Origin: a virus | Length of the DNA stretch: 64,000 nt | Virus record (IMG/VR): IMGVR_UViG_3300027244_000003 | Reading direction: 5' to 3' (one strand) | Shown here: positions 17,120 to 26,034 of the stretch, in pieces | Numbering within the stretch: the first letter of the stretch is position 1 | Layout of the letters: each line of letters opens with the position of its first letter | Program-made: the position numbers and the translations under genes | Notes under the pieces: generated by a model | Database searches by the model: none | Told to the model about the DNA's origin: nothing | The model's input: the letters and a program-made list of their open reading frames with translations, nothing else

Positions 17120-19208
17120 ATGCGAATTTAGATCGTAACCAACTACTTGCTGATGATTCAGGATTTCTTATCGCTGGTCTTGTTACTTGCGTTACATTAG
17201 AGTTGTTTGTTACTGGTGCATTTACTGCGACAGTGCCACCACCCTTAGCATTTTGTCCCTTAACTTCGGCAGAAGTATCTGCATTCATTTTAGAAGCATT
17301 GGCTACTTTAGTACCATCCACTTGCATGGCACCACCAGCTGCAACGAATGCTGTTGCTTTTAGCCATGGGAAGTCATTGACAGCATCCATTCCACCTTTT
17401 GGAATTTTACCGAATGCTACCATAGCACCACTCAACTTATCGAGTCCCATTGCTGCTTTCATCACACCTTCGCCATTTTGACCAATTTTAATCAATTGTT
17501 CAACAGGACTATCAGTGCCAATAGTCAATAGTCTACCAACTAAGTTTCCGATACCAGCAACTGCCTGACCAGCACCAAATGCTGCCATAGCAAGACCCAA
17601 TGCAGCTACACCTGCTGCTACTGATAGTAAATTACTACCATCCATCTTTCCTATTCGTTCGAGACCATCGGTCATGTCAGAAAAACCTTTTCCAACTGCC
17701 TGCATGGCTTCACCGATTACATACAACGCACCACCCATTAATCCTAATGCCACTGCGCCAGCAATAATTAAAGGTGCTGCTGTACCAGCAATTGCACCGA
17801 TTATTCCAAGTCCTGCCACTGCTGCTAATCCTTTACCGATTGTTTCCCAATCTAATCCTTGGAAATTTTGCATAGCATCACCAGTGATCCATAGAGCACC
17901 AGCAAGTATTACTAATGCAGCACTGCCAATTAACATAGATGGAGAAGATTTTCCAAGCAACATAGCAATGCCAGCAAGTCCTAACAATGCCACCCCACCC
18001 ATAGCGATACTTTCCCATTCGACATCAGCGAATTCTTGAAGTGCTTTTGCCGTTACGTATAATGCGCCAGCAAGTATCACCATCGATGCAGCACCTTTGA
18101 TTACATTTGCATTACCAAATGAACCAATACCTTTAGCGATTCCAGTTAACAAACCTTGTATACCTGATCCAATACCTTTACCTAGTCCAGCGATACCACC
18201 ACCAAGTGCTTTAAGACCAGCACCAATTCCAGCCATTATACCGCCACCACCTTCTCCACCAGATGCAGCCTGTGCTTTAACTGGTGTAGAATCACCTCTG
18301 GTATTTTCCTCAATCTTTTCCAGAAGATCAGTTTGAGAACCCATCATTCGATTATTTTCTAATTCAGTTTCTTCAGACTTACCTGCATTTGCTGCAGCTG
18401 TGGTAGCAGTTGGTGGTTTTAATCCAGCCGAGTTACCACTAAGATTACTAAGTATCGCTCTGTTCACTGGAGTTGGACTTTTCACATCAGTACTATAATC
18501 GTACTTTGCATATTCATCTGCACTGGCTTGTCGTTTATCTAATAAAGCACGACCTGCTTTAGATTTACCCATCTCGTCATCACTATGACCCGTAATAGAT
18601 TTAAACTTTTCTATAGCAGCTTCATTTTTCTTTATTTCTTTTGACGCATTGTGCGCACCCTCATAATCTTTTTTCAGCTGTTCACGTGTTCCTGGATTAC
18701 CGAGTGCTTTTTGTTTTTCAATAAACTTTTCTCTTTCCATACTTTTATTGAATACACCACCGATGTTAAGTGCACCCATTACCTTCTGTTTCACATTACT
18801 AACAGATAGAGATTGTTTTAAGTTGTCTTTTTTATCTTGAATCTTTTCGCCGAGTGTTTTGAATGTTGTCATACCTTTAGCAATTTCAGATATTGCTTTG
18901 GCTTCTTTGTCCCATTCTTTTTGGAAATCTTCGTCAGACTTCCCCATTCGTTTCGTAGTTTTTAACTGATCAGATAGAGTATCTCTAATTTTAGCGAGGA
19001 TAGCAGTATCGCTTGCCTGTCCTCCACCAAGTTTAGCAGCAGTGGCAGATTGAACCTTATTCGATAATTCCATTAGTTGTTTAATGGAAGTCAACTCACC
19101 TAATGTAGCAGATTGAACTGCTAAAATTTGTGAGAATCCTTCAGTAGTAGTACTGGTCTGTTCTCTAATACTAGAATTTACCGAACTGTTGCTGGTTCTC
19201 TTTGCCAT
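17118..19208 (-). CDS. tape-measure / baseplate hub (gp29-like) protein
   Basis: 696 aa, helical N-half, Ala/Gly-rich hydrophobic repeats, follows g26/g51. Confidence 0.6.
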   Translation of the reverse strand: MAKRTSNSSVNSSIREQTSTTTEGFSQILAVQSATLGELTSIKQLMELSNKVQSATAAKLGGGQASDTAILAKIRDTLSDQLKTTKRMGKSDEDFQKEWDKEAKAISEIAKGMTTFKTLGEKIQDKKDNLKQSLSVSNVKQKVMGALNIGGVFNKSMEREKFIEKQKALGNPGTREQLKKDYEGAHNASKEIKKNEAAIEKFKSITGHSDDEMGKSKAGRALLDKRQASADEYAKYDYSTDVKSPTPVNRAILSNLSGNSAGLKPPTATTAAANAGKSEETELENNRMMGSQTDLLEKIEENTRGDSTPVKAQAASGGEGGGGIMAGIGAGLKALGGGIAGLGKGIGSGIQGLLTGIAKGIGSFGNANVIKGAASMVILAGALYVTAKALQEFADVEWESIAMGGVALLGLAGIAMLLGKSSPSMLIGSAALVILAGALWITGDAMQNFQGLDWETIGKGLAAVAGLGIIGAIAGTAAPLIIAGAVALGLMGGALYVIGEAMQAVGKGFSDMTDGLERIGKMDGSNLLSVAAGVAALGLAMAAFGAGQAVAGIGNLVGRLLTIGTDSPVEQLIKIGQNGEGVMKAAMGLDKLSGAMVAFGKIPKGGMDAVNDFPWLKATAFVAAGGAMQVDGTKVANASKMNADTSAEVKGQNAKGGGTVAVNAPVTNNSNVTQVTRPAIRNPESSASSWLRSKFA

Positions 19209-19209
19209 T

Positions 19210-19359
19210 TTATCTTACTCTCTTTTGTGATTCTAATCTACGTTTTTCTTCTTCTAAATACTGAATCAACATATGCACATATATTTCTCGTTCAAACGGT
19301 ATCATTTCCTCAATTTCCGTAAGCGAGTACTTGTGGTATTGCATTAAAGCAAAATTCAT
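19210..19359 (-). CDS. g51: gp51-like baseplate hub assembly catalyst (probably the -1 frame extension of gp26)
   Basis: NFALMQYHKYSLTEIEEMIPFEREIY motif; frame stays open upstream to the T8 run at 19400-19407. Confidence 0.75.
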   Translation of the reverse strand: MNFALMQYHKYSLTEIEEMIPFEREIYVHMLIQYLEEEKRRLESQKRVR

Positions 19360-19397
19360 CTTATAATAATTGTGCAATGTCTCATGACAAAGGTTTA

Positions 19398-20120
19398 TTA
19401 AAAAAAACTTTGGAGTCCCTCCAATGTCTTCTTATGTTCTTTACTACAAAGGGGACATGTGTACTCAATATCTTTTTTAATCTTAGGCATTGTAGTAAAG
19501 AATTTTTGTACTTTCAGAAACTGTTCTGAAGTTAAATTCTCAACGAATGCTAAAAGTTCTTTTTCTGTTTGTTCATGACCATGGAAAATTTCATCGCCTT
19601 GATAGATATAATCTATTGAATTTGCGATAATCTTAAAGATATTGTCGATATTTTCTGTATCTGCAAGTTCTAGTTTCTTGGACATTTCTACTGTTGGATA
19701 TTTCATCACAACACCAACATCTCCAAACAACTCAATCTTTTTATTATGGTCTGCATCTTTTTCTACGGACAGTTTTGTTAAGTCAATACTAATCTTAACT
19801 TTGGCTTTGTCGTTTTCTTCACCATGATCTACATCACATGGGACTAAAATTTCAATAATTTCTCCAACAGACTTAGCACGAATCTGAGTAAACATATACT
19901 CAAGATCAAATGTTGCCAGTTTGTTAATATCAATCTTATCAAGAACACAAGAGCCGATAACACCCTTCAGACTATCTACCATCACAGATAAATCTTCACT
20001 TTGTTGGGCAATCAGCAGAGCCTTTTCTTCTTTAATAAGAAATGGACGGTATTTAATCGATTCATTAGTTGAGGGAACCACCATACTGTATGTTGGTGTA
20101 CTCATCATTGGTAAAGACAT
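19398..20120 (-). CDS. g26: baseplate hub subunit / assembly chaperone gp26
   Basis: LP....P.Y, YRPFL.KEEK.LL.A, FDLEY.F..IRAKSVGE, MKYP, CPLC...LEGLQSFF. Confidence 0.85.
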   Translation of the reverse strand: MSLPMMSTPTYSMVVPSTNESIKYRPFLIKEEKALLIAQQSEDLSVMVDSLKGVIGSCVLDKIDINKLATFDLEYMFTQIRAKSVGEIIEILVPCDVDHGEENDKAKVKISIDLTKLSVEKDADHNKKIELFGDVGVVMKYPTVEMSKKLELADTENIDNIFKIIANSIDYIYQGDEIFHGHEQTEKELLAFVENLTSEQFLKVQKFFTTMPKIKKDIEYTCPLCSKEHKKTLEGLQSFF

Positions 20121-20121
20121 A

Positions 20122-20538
20122 TTATTCTCCTTTAGACATATTCTTAATTAACTTATTCAACTCACTTGTGCTACCTACAAAGATAGCATTGTTTGTCACC
20201 TTCTTACTCGTTTCTGATTTAGAAGGTGCATCAAGTTTGGCTTTTTGCTGATGTATATCCATAAGTTGTTGGTTAACATCGGCTAACTGTTTCATCAAAT
20301 TACCCACGACTTCAAAAGCACGTGGGTGTTCACTAGATTTTGCTACTTCCAAAGCATGCATTAAAGCATTTTGTCCTGTAGTAAGTAACTCACGAAGATT
20401 ATCTCTGGCTGTATCATAGTCAGATTCAATTCTTTCATTTGGTGGAGTTACTATTTCTCCTGTTTCAGCAACAATCATTTCATTCTTTGGTATTGAAGGG
20501 ATATCAAAGACTTGTGACAAAGAATCATCAATTTTCAT
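20122..20538 (-). CDS. g16: terminase small subunit gp16
   Basis: DY..AR.NL, A..SEHPRAFEV...L.K, NNAIFVGST.EL. Confidence 0.85.
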   Translation of the reverse strand: MKIDDSLSQVFDIPSIPKNEMIVAETGEIVTPPNERIESDYDTARDNLRELLTTGQNALMHALEVAKSSEHPRAFEVVGNLMKQLADVNQQLMDIHQQKAKLDAPSKSETSKKVTNNAIFVGSTSELNKLIKNMSKGE

Positions 20539-20543
20539 ATTTA

Positions 20544-20966
20544 TTAATCGTTTCTAGTGTTTCTTGTTGGTGGGTCACCTGGAAATCCTGCACCAAAACT
20601 TGCTGCTGGCGCAGGGGTTGGGAATGCTGGCGCAGGTACACCAGCAACTGGGAATGCTGGAGTTGTTGGTGTGATAGTAGGTGTAGCATTTGTTGCTGTT
20701 CCTGCAATCTTTTCTTGAGTTCTTCCGAATGCTGCGATACCTAATACCGCACCCATGGCTAAGTGAAACAAACCAGCACCTTGTAGTGTCAGTGGATTCC
20801 ATTGAGTGACTGGCTGTTTCATTGTTGCCTGTAGTAATGCCCACAGAACTGGAAATATAACCATGTCACACATACACACAATCATGTACATCCAACCCAT
20901 AGCTGGACGCCACTTTTTCTGCATCCAGTCTTCGTCTTTTTTAACTTCTTTAATTTCATCAGCCAT
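20544..20966 (-). CDS. holin (GTA 3TM holin-like)
   Basis: KWRPAMGW motif, TM helices, G.RT.EK. Confidence 0.7.
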   Translation of the reverse strand: MADEIKEVKKDEDWMQKKWRPAMGWMYMIVCMCDMVIFPVLWALLQATMKQPVTQWNPLTLQGAGLFHLAMGAVLGIAAFGRTQEKIAGTATNATPTITPTTPAFPVAGVPAPAFPTPAPAASFGAGFPGDPPTRNTRND

Positions 20967-20976
20967 CTTTATCTCC

Positions 20977-21705
20977 TTAACGTCTTCTTAACAGACTTGG
21001 TATTTTTGTAACTAATTTTGCACCAATTGCACCTATAGCAAAATTCTTCAATTTGTCCACTAATGTATTTTGTTGTTTTGGACTAACTGAATCAACAGTT
21101 GTTGTAAAGTCTGGACTATATCTGCTCGCTGAATCTGGAATCACCCCATAAGTCTGGGATATGTGTTCATCAGATAATTTAAATCCATCTGCAACTCTTT
21201 CCGTAATATAGTATTTGTAGACAAAGTTCACTGACATCTTCATGACATCTTTTGAAGTTGTATCTAATTGTATAGCACCTACACTTTTTGGGTATGCTTC
21301 AAACATAGTGACTTTATATCTAACATTATTTTCTAGATCTTCCACGAATACTGTAATGTCTGTAATGTATTCTTTATAGTAGCTGAACAGACGAGTATCT
21401 GGATTTTGAATAGAGATTGTCCATGTATCAAACAATTCTTTAACTGCCATTGCTCTGTCTACATAAAATGACATTGATATTGGTTCGTAAAGTCTTTCAT
21501 ATGGTGTTTCTCTAAATTCACCGAATGCTCTATTCTGTGTTGTTGAATAATTAGTACCTGGAATTTGTACTTGGTCACAAAGTAATCCAACTAATCCTAT
21601 CACTTCTGGATCCAGAAAAGGTGGTTGGAACATAACATGGAATCTATTAGTTCTAGATAATCCACCTCTTTTTATTTGAGCAACAAATTCGTTTAGTTCA
21701 GCCAT
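20977..21705 (-). CDS. g54: baseplate tail-tube initiator gp54-like
   Basis: GL.RTNRF.V, C..V.IPG, tube-protein-like EAYP..VG.I.L. Confidence 0.7.
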   Translation of the reverse strand: MAELNEFVAQIKRGGLSRTNRFHVMFQPPFLDPEVIGLVGLLCDQVQIPGTNYSTTQNRAFGEFRETPYERLYEPISMSFYVDRAMAVKELFDTWTISIQNPDTRLFSYYKEYITDITVFVEDLENNVRYKVTMFEAYPKSVGAIQLDTTSKDVMKMSVNFVYKYYITERVADGFKLSDEHISQTYGVIPDSASRYSPDFTTTVDSVSPKQQNTLVDKLKNFAIGAIGAKLVTKIPSLLRRR

Positions 21706-22304
21706 TATAGTTTTCTTATTTTCTTTCTGGAGTCAGACCAGACTTGTTGTTTAGATGCGCCAACAAATCGTTCTACAGGAAGCAACATAGCAGTTGCCCA
21801 GTCAGCAGAACTAACTCTTCTAAATTGGCTTCTTACATGACTATTTAAATATTGTTTAACACATGGATGGGCTGCTTTGTATTTCGAAACACCATCTATA
21901 AGAGCCCATGAATATTTCAACTTTGTAGTTTCATCCCAACGACTATTGTTCTTAAAGGTTAGCAGAGCATCTAATAAATAGATTCGAAGGTCGTATGGAA
22001 GATAATGCATATTAAGACCATAGAATCCATCTGCAGTTTTTCTAAATGGAAACACTAGAGGGAATCTATCATAGTATGGAAGATCCTCTTTTGTTTTTGG
22101 ATCATAAGCATACATATACAAACTTCCAGGTTGTATAGTAGTTGTATTCTGTGAAGGATCACCTTTTATCACTTGATTTGGGGTGATGTTTTGCTGGGCG
22201 AGAGAACTCACCTGTTTGTTGAACCAACTAGTAGATCGTTTAACTGATGTTAATAGATCGTACTGATTACGTTCAAATACGTCTTGCATTGGTTTTTTAG
22301 CCAT
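21705..22304 (-). CDS. g2: DNA end protector gp2
   Basis: YDPKTK..LPYYDRFPLV, GLN.HYLP, CVK.YL..HVRS. Confidence 0.9.
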   Translation of the reverse strand: MAKKPMQDVFERNQYDLLTSVKRSTSWFNKQVSSLAQQNITPNQVIKGDPSQNTTTIQPGSLYMYAYDPKTKEDLPYYDRFPLVFPFRKTADGFYGLNMHYLPYDLRIYLLDALLTFKNNSRWDETTKLKYSWALIDGVSKYKAAHPCVKQYLNSHVRSQFRRVSSADWATAMLLPVERFVGASKQQVWSDSRKKIRKL

Positions 22305-22317
22305 AATGTTATTTAGG

Positions 22318-22755
22318 TTACTTCAAACCAAGTTCGTGTTCTGTTATTATTTTAAATTCCCATCCACGATCTTTAGCGTATGCTCTTGCAGCAGCCCATT
22401 TGGCTTGATTTTTGATATACATAAACGATTCTTGTAGATAACGCTGGGTTTGTTTCCCAGGATATTGTGGAGGATTGGTTTGTTTCTCTGGCTTAACTTC
22501 AATTAAGTATGTTTTCAACTTACCGTCATTAGAATTAACCTGTATTTTAAAGTCTACAAAGTAACGATGGATCAGGTTATCTGTTGGACAACGATATGGA
22601 ACAACAGTTTCTTCTGAACTCCATTTAATAACACTAGGGTTCTTATCGCACCACATGGCAAAGCGTGTTTCCCAGCTAGATCTCATAATTATATTTGTAG
22701 GATCCCCTGCATATTTTTCTGCAAAAACTGGCTTGAACGATCTTTTATGGAACAT
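22318..22755 (-). CDS. g4: head completion nuclease gp4
   Basis: RSSWE..F..WCD.N..V..WSSEE, HRYFVDF, IEVKP, NQAKW.AA. Confidence 0.9.
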   Translation of the reverse strand: MFHKRSFKPVFAEKYAGDPTNIIMRSSWETRFAMWCDKNPSVIKWSSEETVVPYRCPTDNLIHRYFVDFKIQVNSNDGKLKTYLIEVKPEKQTNPPQYPGKQTQRYLQESFMYIKNQAKWAAARAYAKDRGWEFKIITEHELGLK

Positions 22756-22795
22756 AAATAACTAATTAGAAATAAATAACATCCCCTTTATTTAG
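22753..22795. promoter_or_regulatory. divergent T4-type late promoters (consensus [A/C]TAAATA)
   Basis: ATAAATA twice on + and CTAAATA on -; the same motif precedes late genes at 10702, 22310(-), 29382, 37035, 43746, 46021, 47654, 48706, 49832, 53149, 56866, 63521. Confidence 0.7.
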
Positions 22796-22804
22796 AGAAA
22801 CCAA

Positions 22805-24007
22805 ATGGCACTACAATATAACGACGATGGCGAACCAGAAGATCAGCCAGTAGAAACACCTGATAATCAGGCAGAGGTTCAAGCGCAAACACGTGCCGTA
22901 CCTGTTTCTAAGAGAGAAACTTATCCAGAAAAACAAGCAACTAAATTTGAACAATTTGGTAAAGAAACTGGTAAGTATGACATCGGTAATTATCAGTATC
23001 CTGATGATTTAACTACTGATTTTAGGTATGGTGGTAACTATGTTATTTTTTACATTAACGTAGCAGAAGATTCGAAGTTAATATCAAAATATAAAGCAGA
23101 TACGGTAGATGATTTCCCAGCCAGAGATGTTGGAGATAATCGTGCCATGAATTGGGATCAAAAGAGTCTTATCGGAGCAAATGCTGGGGTTAATACTATT
23201 ACTGGTATTGCAGGTGGAACCATCGGATTCGGTCCAGCTAAAAGTGTTGCTGAGGGTGTTGGTAATGCAGCTAAAGGTGCAGCTGTAGCAAATATTGGAA
23301 CTGTTGGTATTGCAGTAGCATCTACAATGACTACTGATCAGTTAAGATCTCAGAAAAGATTAAAGACTGCTATTGCTTTACATATACCAAACAAACTTGG
23401 TATAAAGTATGGAGTTACATATGACTCCACTGATACTGCTGGGCTTGGTATGGTAAAAGCACTTGGTGGAGAAACAGCTGATGCTATTATGAATGCGCTT
23501 GGAAAATCTAGTAAAGAAAGTAATGTTACTGGTGTGGCTCAGGCAGTTATCACAAACCTAGCATTATCAAAAGGACCAAATGCCGAAGCAAATTCACAGA
23601 TGCTTGGCATGGCAGCAAATCCTAAGAAAGAACAAGTATTTAAGGGTGTTGACTTTAGATCGTTCTCTTTTGAATATCAATTCTTTCCAAGAGATTATAG
23701 CGAAGCACAAAATGTACTTAGGATCATTGAAGAATTTAAGTTTCATATGCATCCAGAATTTAAAGATGACAATAACTTCGTTTATCTCTATCCTTCTGAA
23801 TTTGATATTTTTTACTATCAGGGTGGAGAAGAGAATTTAAATTTACATCGTCATACGTCATGTGTTCTTACAGATTTAGATATTGATTATACTCCAAATG
23901 GACAATTTACTACATTTGCTGATGGCATGCCAACTCAAATTAATGTTACTTTAGCATTTAGAGAATTGGCTCTGTTGACAAAAGATAAGATTAAGGCAGG
24001 TCTATAA
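22805..24007 (+). CDS. g48: baseplate tail-tube cap gp48
   Basis: NP..E..F.GV.FR.F.F...F.P, YPSEF.I, C.LT...VDY.P.G, FREL. Confidence 0.85.
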   Translation: MALQYNDDGEPEDQPVETPDNQAEVQAQTRAVPVSKRETYPEKQATKFEQFGKETGKYDIGNYQYPDDLTTDFRYGGNYVIFYINVAEDSKLISKYKADTVDDFPARDVGDNRAMNWDQKSLIGANAGVNTITGIAGGTIGFGPAKSVAEGVGNAAKGAAVANIGTVGIAVASTMTTDQLRSQKRLKTAIALHIPNKLGIKYGVTYDSTDTAGLGMVKALGGETADAIMNALGKSSKESNVTGVAQAVITNLALSKGPNAEANSQMLGMAANPKKEQVFKGVDFRSFSFEYQFFPRDYSEAQNVLRIIEEFKFHMHPEFKDDNNFVYLYPSEFDIFYYQGGEENLNLHRHTSCVLTDLDIDYTPNGQFTTFADGMPTQINVTLAFRELALLTKDKIKAGL

Positions 24008-24756
24008 TGTACTTCGAAAATTTTCAAAAAATATTATATGATTTTGACATAGAAGCAAAGGCTGGCACTGGCACTCAGGCATATGCAATCTGTGATTTGG
24101 CTGGTGGTGGTGTGAATGCAATTACTGTAACGAACGTGGGTTCTGGATATACTTCAGCAACTTGTATATTTGGACCACCCGATAATGGTGAAGCTGGTGT
24201 ATCTGCAACTGGAAGAGTAGTAGTTATTGGTGGACAGATATCATCTATAGTTGTAACAAATCCAGGAACTGGATATACTACTATACCAGATGTAACAATT
24301 TCTAATCCATATGGTATCACTAGAAAATTTCATAAACTTATTGCCATGACGGATATTACTACAAATATTCGTTTTAGAAAAGAAATTCTATCTAATGTAA
24401 CTACATATGACTCATATGATATTAAAGATGGAGATACTCCAGAAATTCTTGCTGAGAAAATATATGGTAGTCCAGAATATCATTGGGTTATAATGTTAGC
24501 AAATAATCGTTATGATTATTTGGCTGACTGGCCACTAACGTATGGTGCTCTTCAAGAATATGTAGATTCAAAATATGGAGCCACTGCAGATAGCATTCGT
24601 CATTATGAAGATGCCAATGGTCATGTAGTTATGGGTGGTGTTTCAGTATCTAATAGAGAATATGAAGAACGAATAAATGAAAGAAAGAGAAGAATAAAAA
24701 TAATTTCTCCTTCTTTAATTAGCACTATTCTGGCGAATTACAAAGATTTGATTTAA
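24007..24756 (+). CDS. g53: baseplate wedge gp53 with inserted beta-rich module
   Basis: MYF..F..I.Y, I.DG.TPE.LA.K.YG..EYHWVI, YE...NE.KR.I. Confidence 0.85.
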   Translation: MYFENFQKILYDFDIEAKAGTGTQAYAICDLAGGGVNAITVTNVGSGYTSATCIFGPPDNGEAGVSATGRVVVIGGQISSIVVTNPGTGYTTIPDVTISNPYGITRKFHKLIAMTDITTNIRFRKEILSNVTTYDSYDIKDGDTPEILAEKIYGSPEYHWVIMLANNRYDYLADWPLTYGALQEYVDSKYGATADSIRHYEDANGHVVMGGVSVSNREYEERINERKRRIKIISPSLISTILANYKDLI

Positions 24757-26034
24757 ATGACAGCCAAAACAATAAGATTCGCTGGTGATGTAAACGTAAA
24801 TTCTATTAAGATTGTTACCAGATCTGGTAACTCTCAGAATATTACTGCTCAGGTTATTAACATCCAAATATTCGAAGACTTATTTTCTCCATTTATCACA
24901 GGCTCTCTTGTACTTAAAGAATCATTAGATTATGTTAATTTATTACCATTCACTGGTGAGGAACAAGTAGAAATTGATATTAGTACTCCAACCTTATCCA
25001 AGGGTAATATTAAAGGTACATTTTATATTTACAAATTAACTGATAGAGAACTGCTTGGAGATAAGTCTGTTACATATCAGTTACATTTTATATCAATGGA
25101 AGCCATTGTTGATTTAAATAAAAAGATTAGCAGAGTTTATACTGGTAAAGTTAATGATGTTATTGCAGATATACTAACAAATAAAACTGATGGTCTTCAA
25201 TCTACTAAAAGATTTATATCAGAAGAATCATCTCGTTCAGTTAAATTCATATCTAATTTTTGGTCTCCTGTTAAGTCCATTAATTATGCTGCACAGTTTG
25301 CAGAAAATAACAATAACTCTCCAAGTTTTTTATTCTTCGAAAATAGAGATGGATTTTATTTCACTAGTTTAGAATCTATGTATGAATCTCAATCGGTGCA
25401 GAAGTTTACTTATGACAGATATACACGTGATAAAAAGCCTAATGGAGAAGATGCTAGAAATGTAACTGAAGATTTCAAACGAATAAACCTAATAAGTATA
25501 CCAATAGGGTTTGATTATATTGATAGAATAAGAAGTGGTATGTTTGCTTCTAAAGCAACTTCGTATGATCTAACTAAAAAGTCTTATAGAGTTAAGACAT
25601 ATAATATGTTTGATAAATTTGATACATCTAAACATCTCAACAAATATAACGTGGCTTCTTTAAATTCTATTTTTAGAACAAATTCTTCCATGATGATTAT
25701 ACCAAGATACACTGACGGATTTAGTGGTGGTGGTGATCTTAGTTATTTTAAATCAATTCAACAAAGAATTTCTTTATTGAAAGCAGCAGAGGCGAACAAG
25801 ATTCACATTTCTGTTCCTGGAAGATTAGATTATACAGTCGGGCAAAAAGTAGAAGTTAGATTGAATAAAGTAGAACCATTAAGAAGCAGTGATAGAGATA
25901 TCGAAGATAAAATGTTTTCAGGTTTTTATATAATTTCTGCTATCAATCATAATGTAGATAAAGAAATGCATGAGTGTCATATGGAATTGATTAAAGATAG
26001 TTTGTTAATGAGTGTAGATAAGGCGAAAAAATAA
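24757..26034 (+). CDS. baseplate hub protein (gp27-like)
   Basis: Position before g5; I.EDLFSP.ITG, FFEN.DGF.F.S, SG.Y.I.AI.H. Confidence 0.7.
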   Translation: MTAKTIRFAGDVNVNSIKIVTRSGNSQNITAQVINIQIFEDLFSPFITGSLVLKESLDYVNLLPFTGEEQVEIDISTPTLSKGNIKGTFYIYKLTDRELLGDKSVTYQLHFISMEAIVDLNKKISRVYTGKVNDVIADILTNKTDGLQSTKRFISEESSRSVKFISNFWSPVKSINYAAQFAENNNNSPSFLFFENRDGFYFTSLESMYESQSVQKFTYDRYTRDKKPNGEDARNVTEDFKRINLISIPIGFDYIDRIRSGMFASKATSYDLTKKSYRVKTYNMFDKFDTSKHLNKYNVASLNSIFRTNSSMMIIPRYTDGFSGGGDLSYFKSIQQRISLLKAAEANKIHISVPGRLDYTVGQKVEVRLNKVEPLRSSDRDIEDKMFSGFYIISAINHNVDKEMHECHMELIKDSLLMSVDKAKK

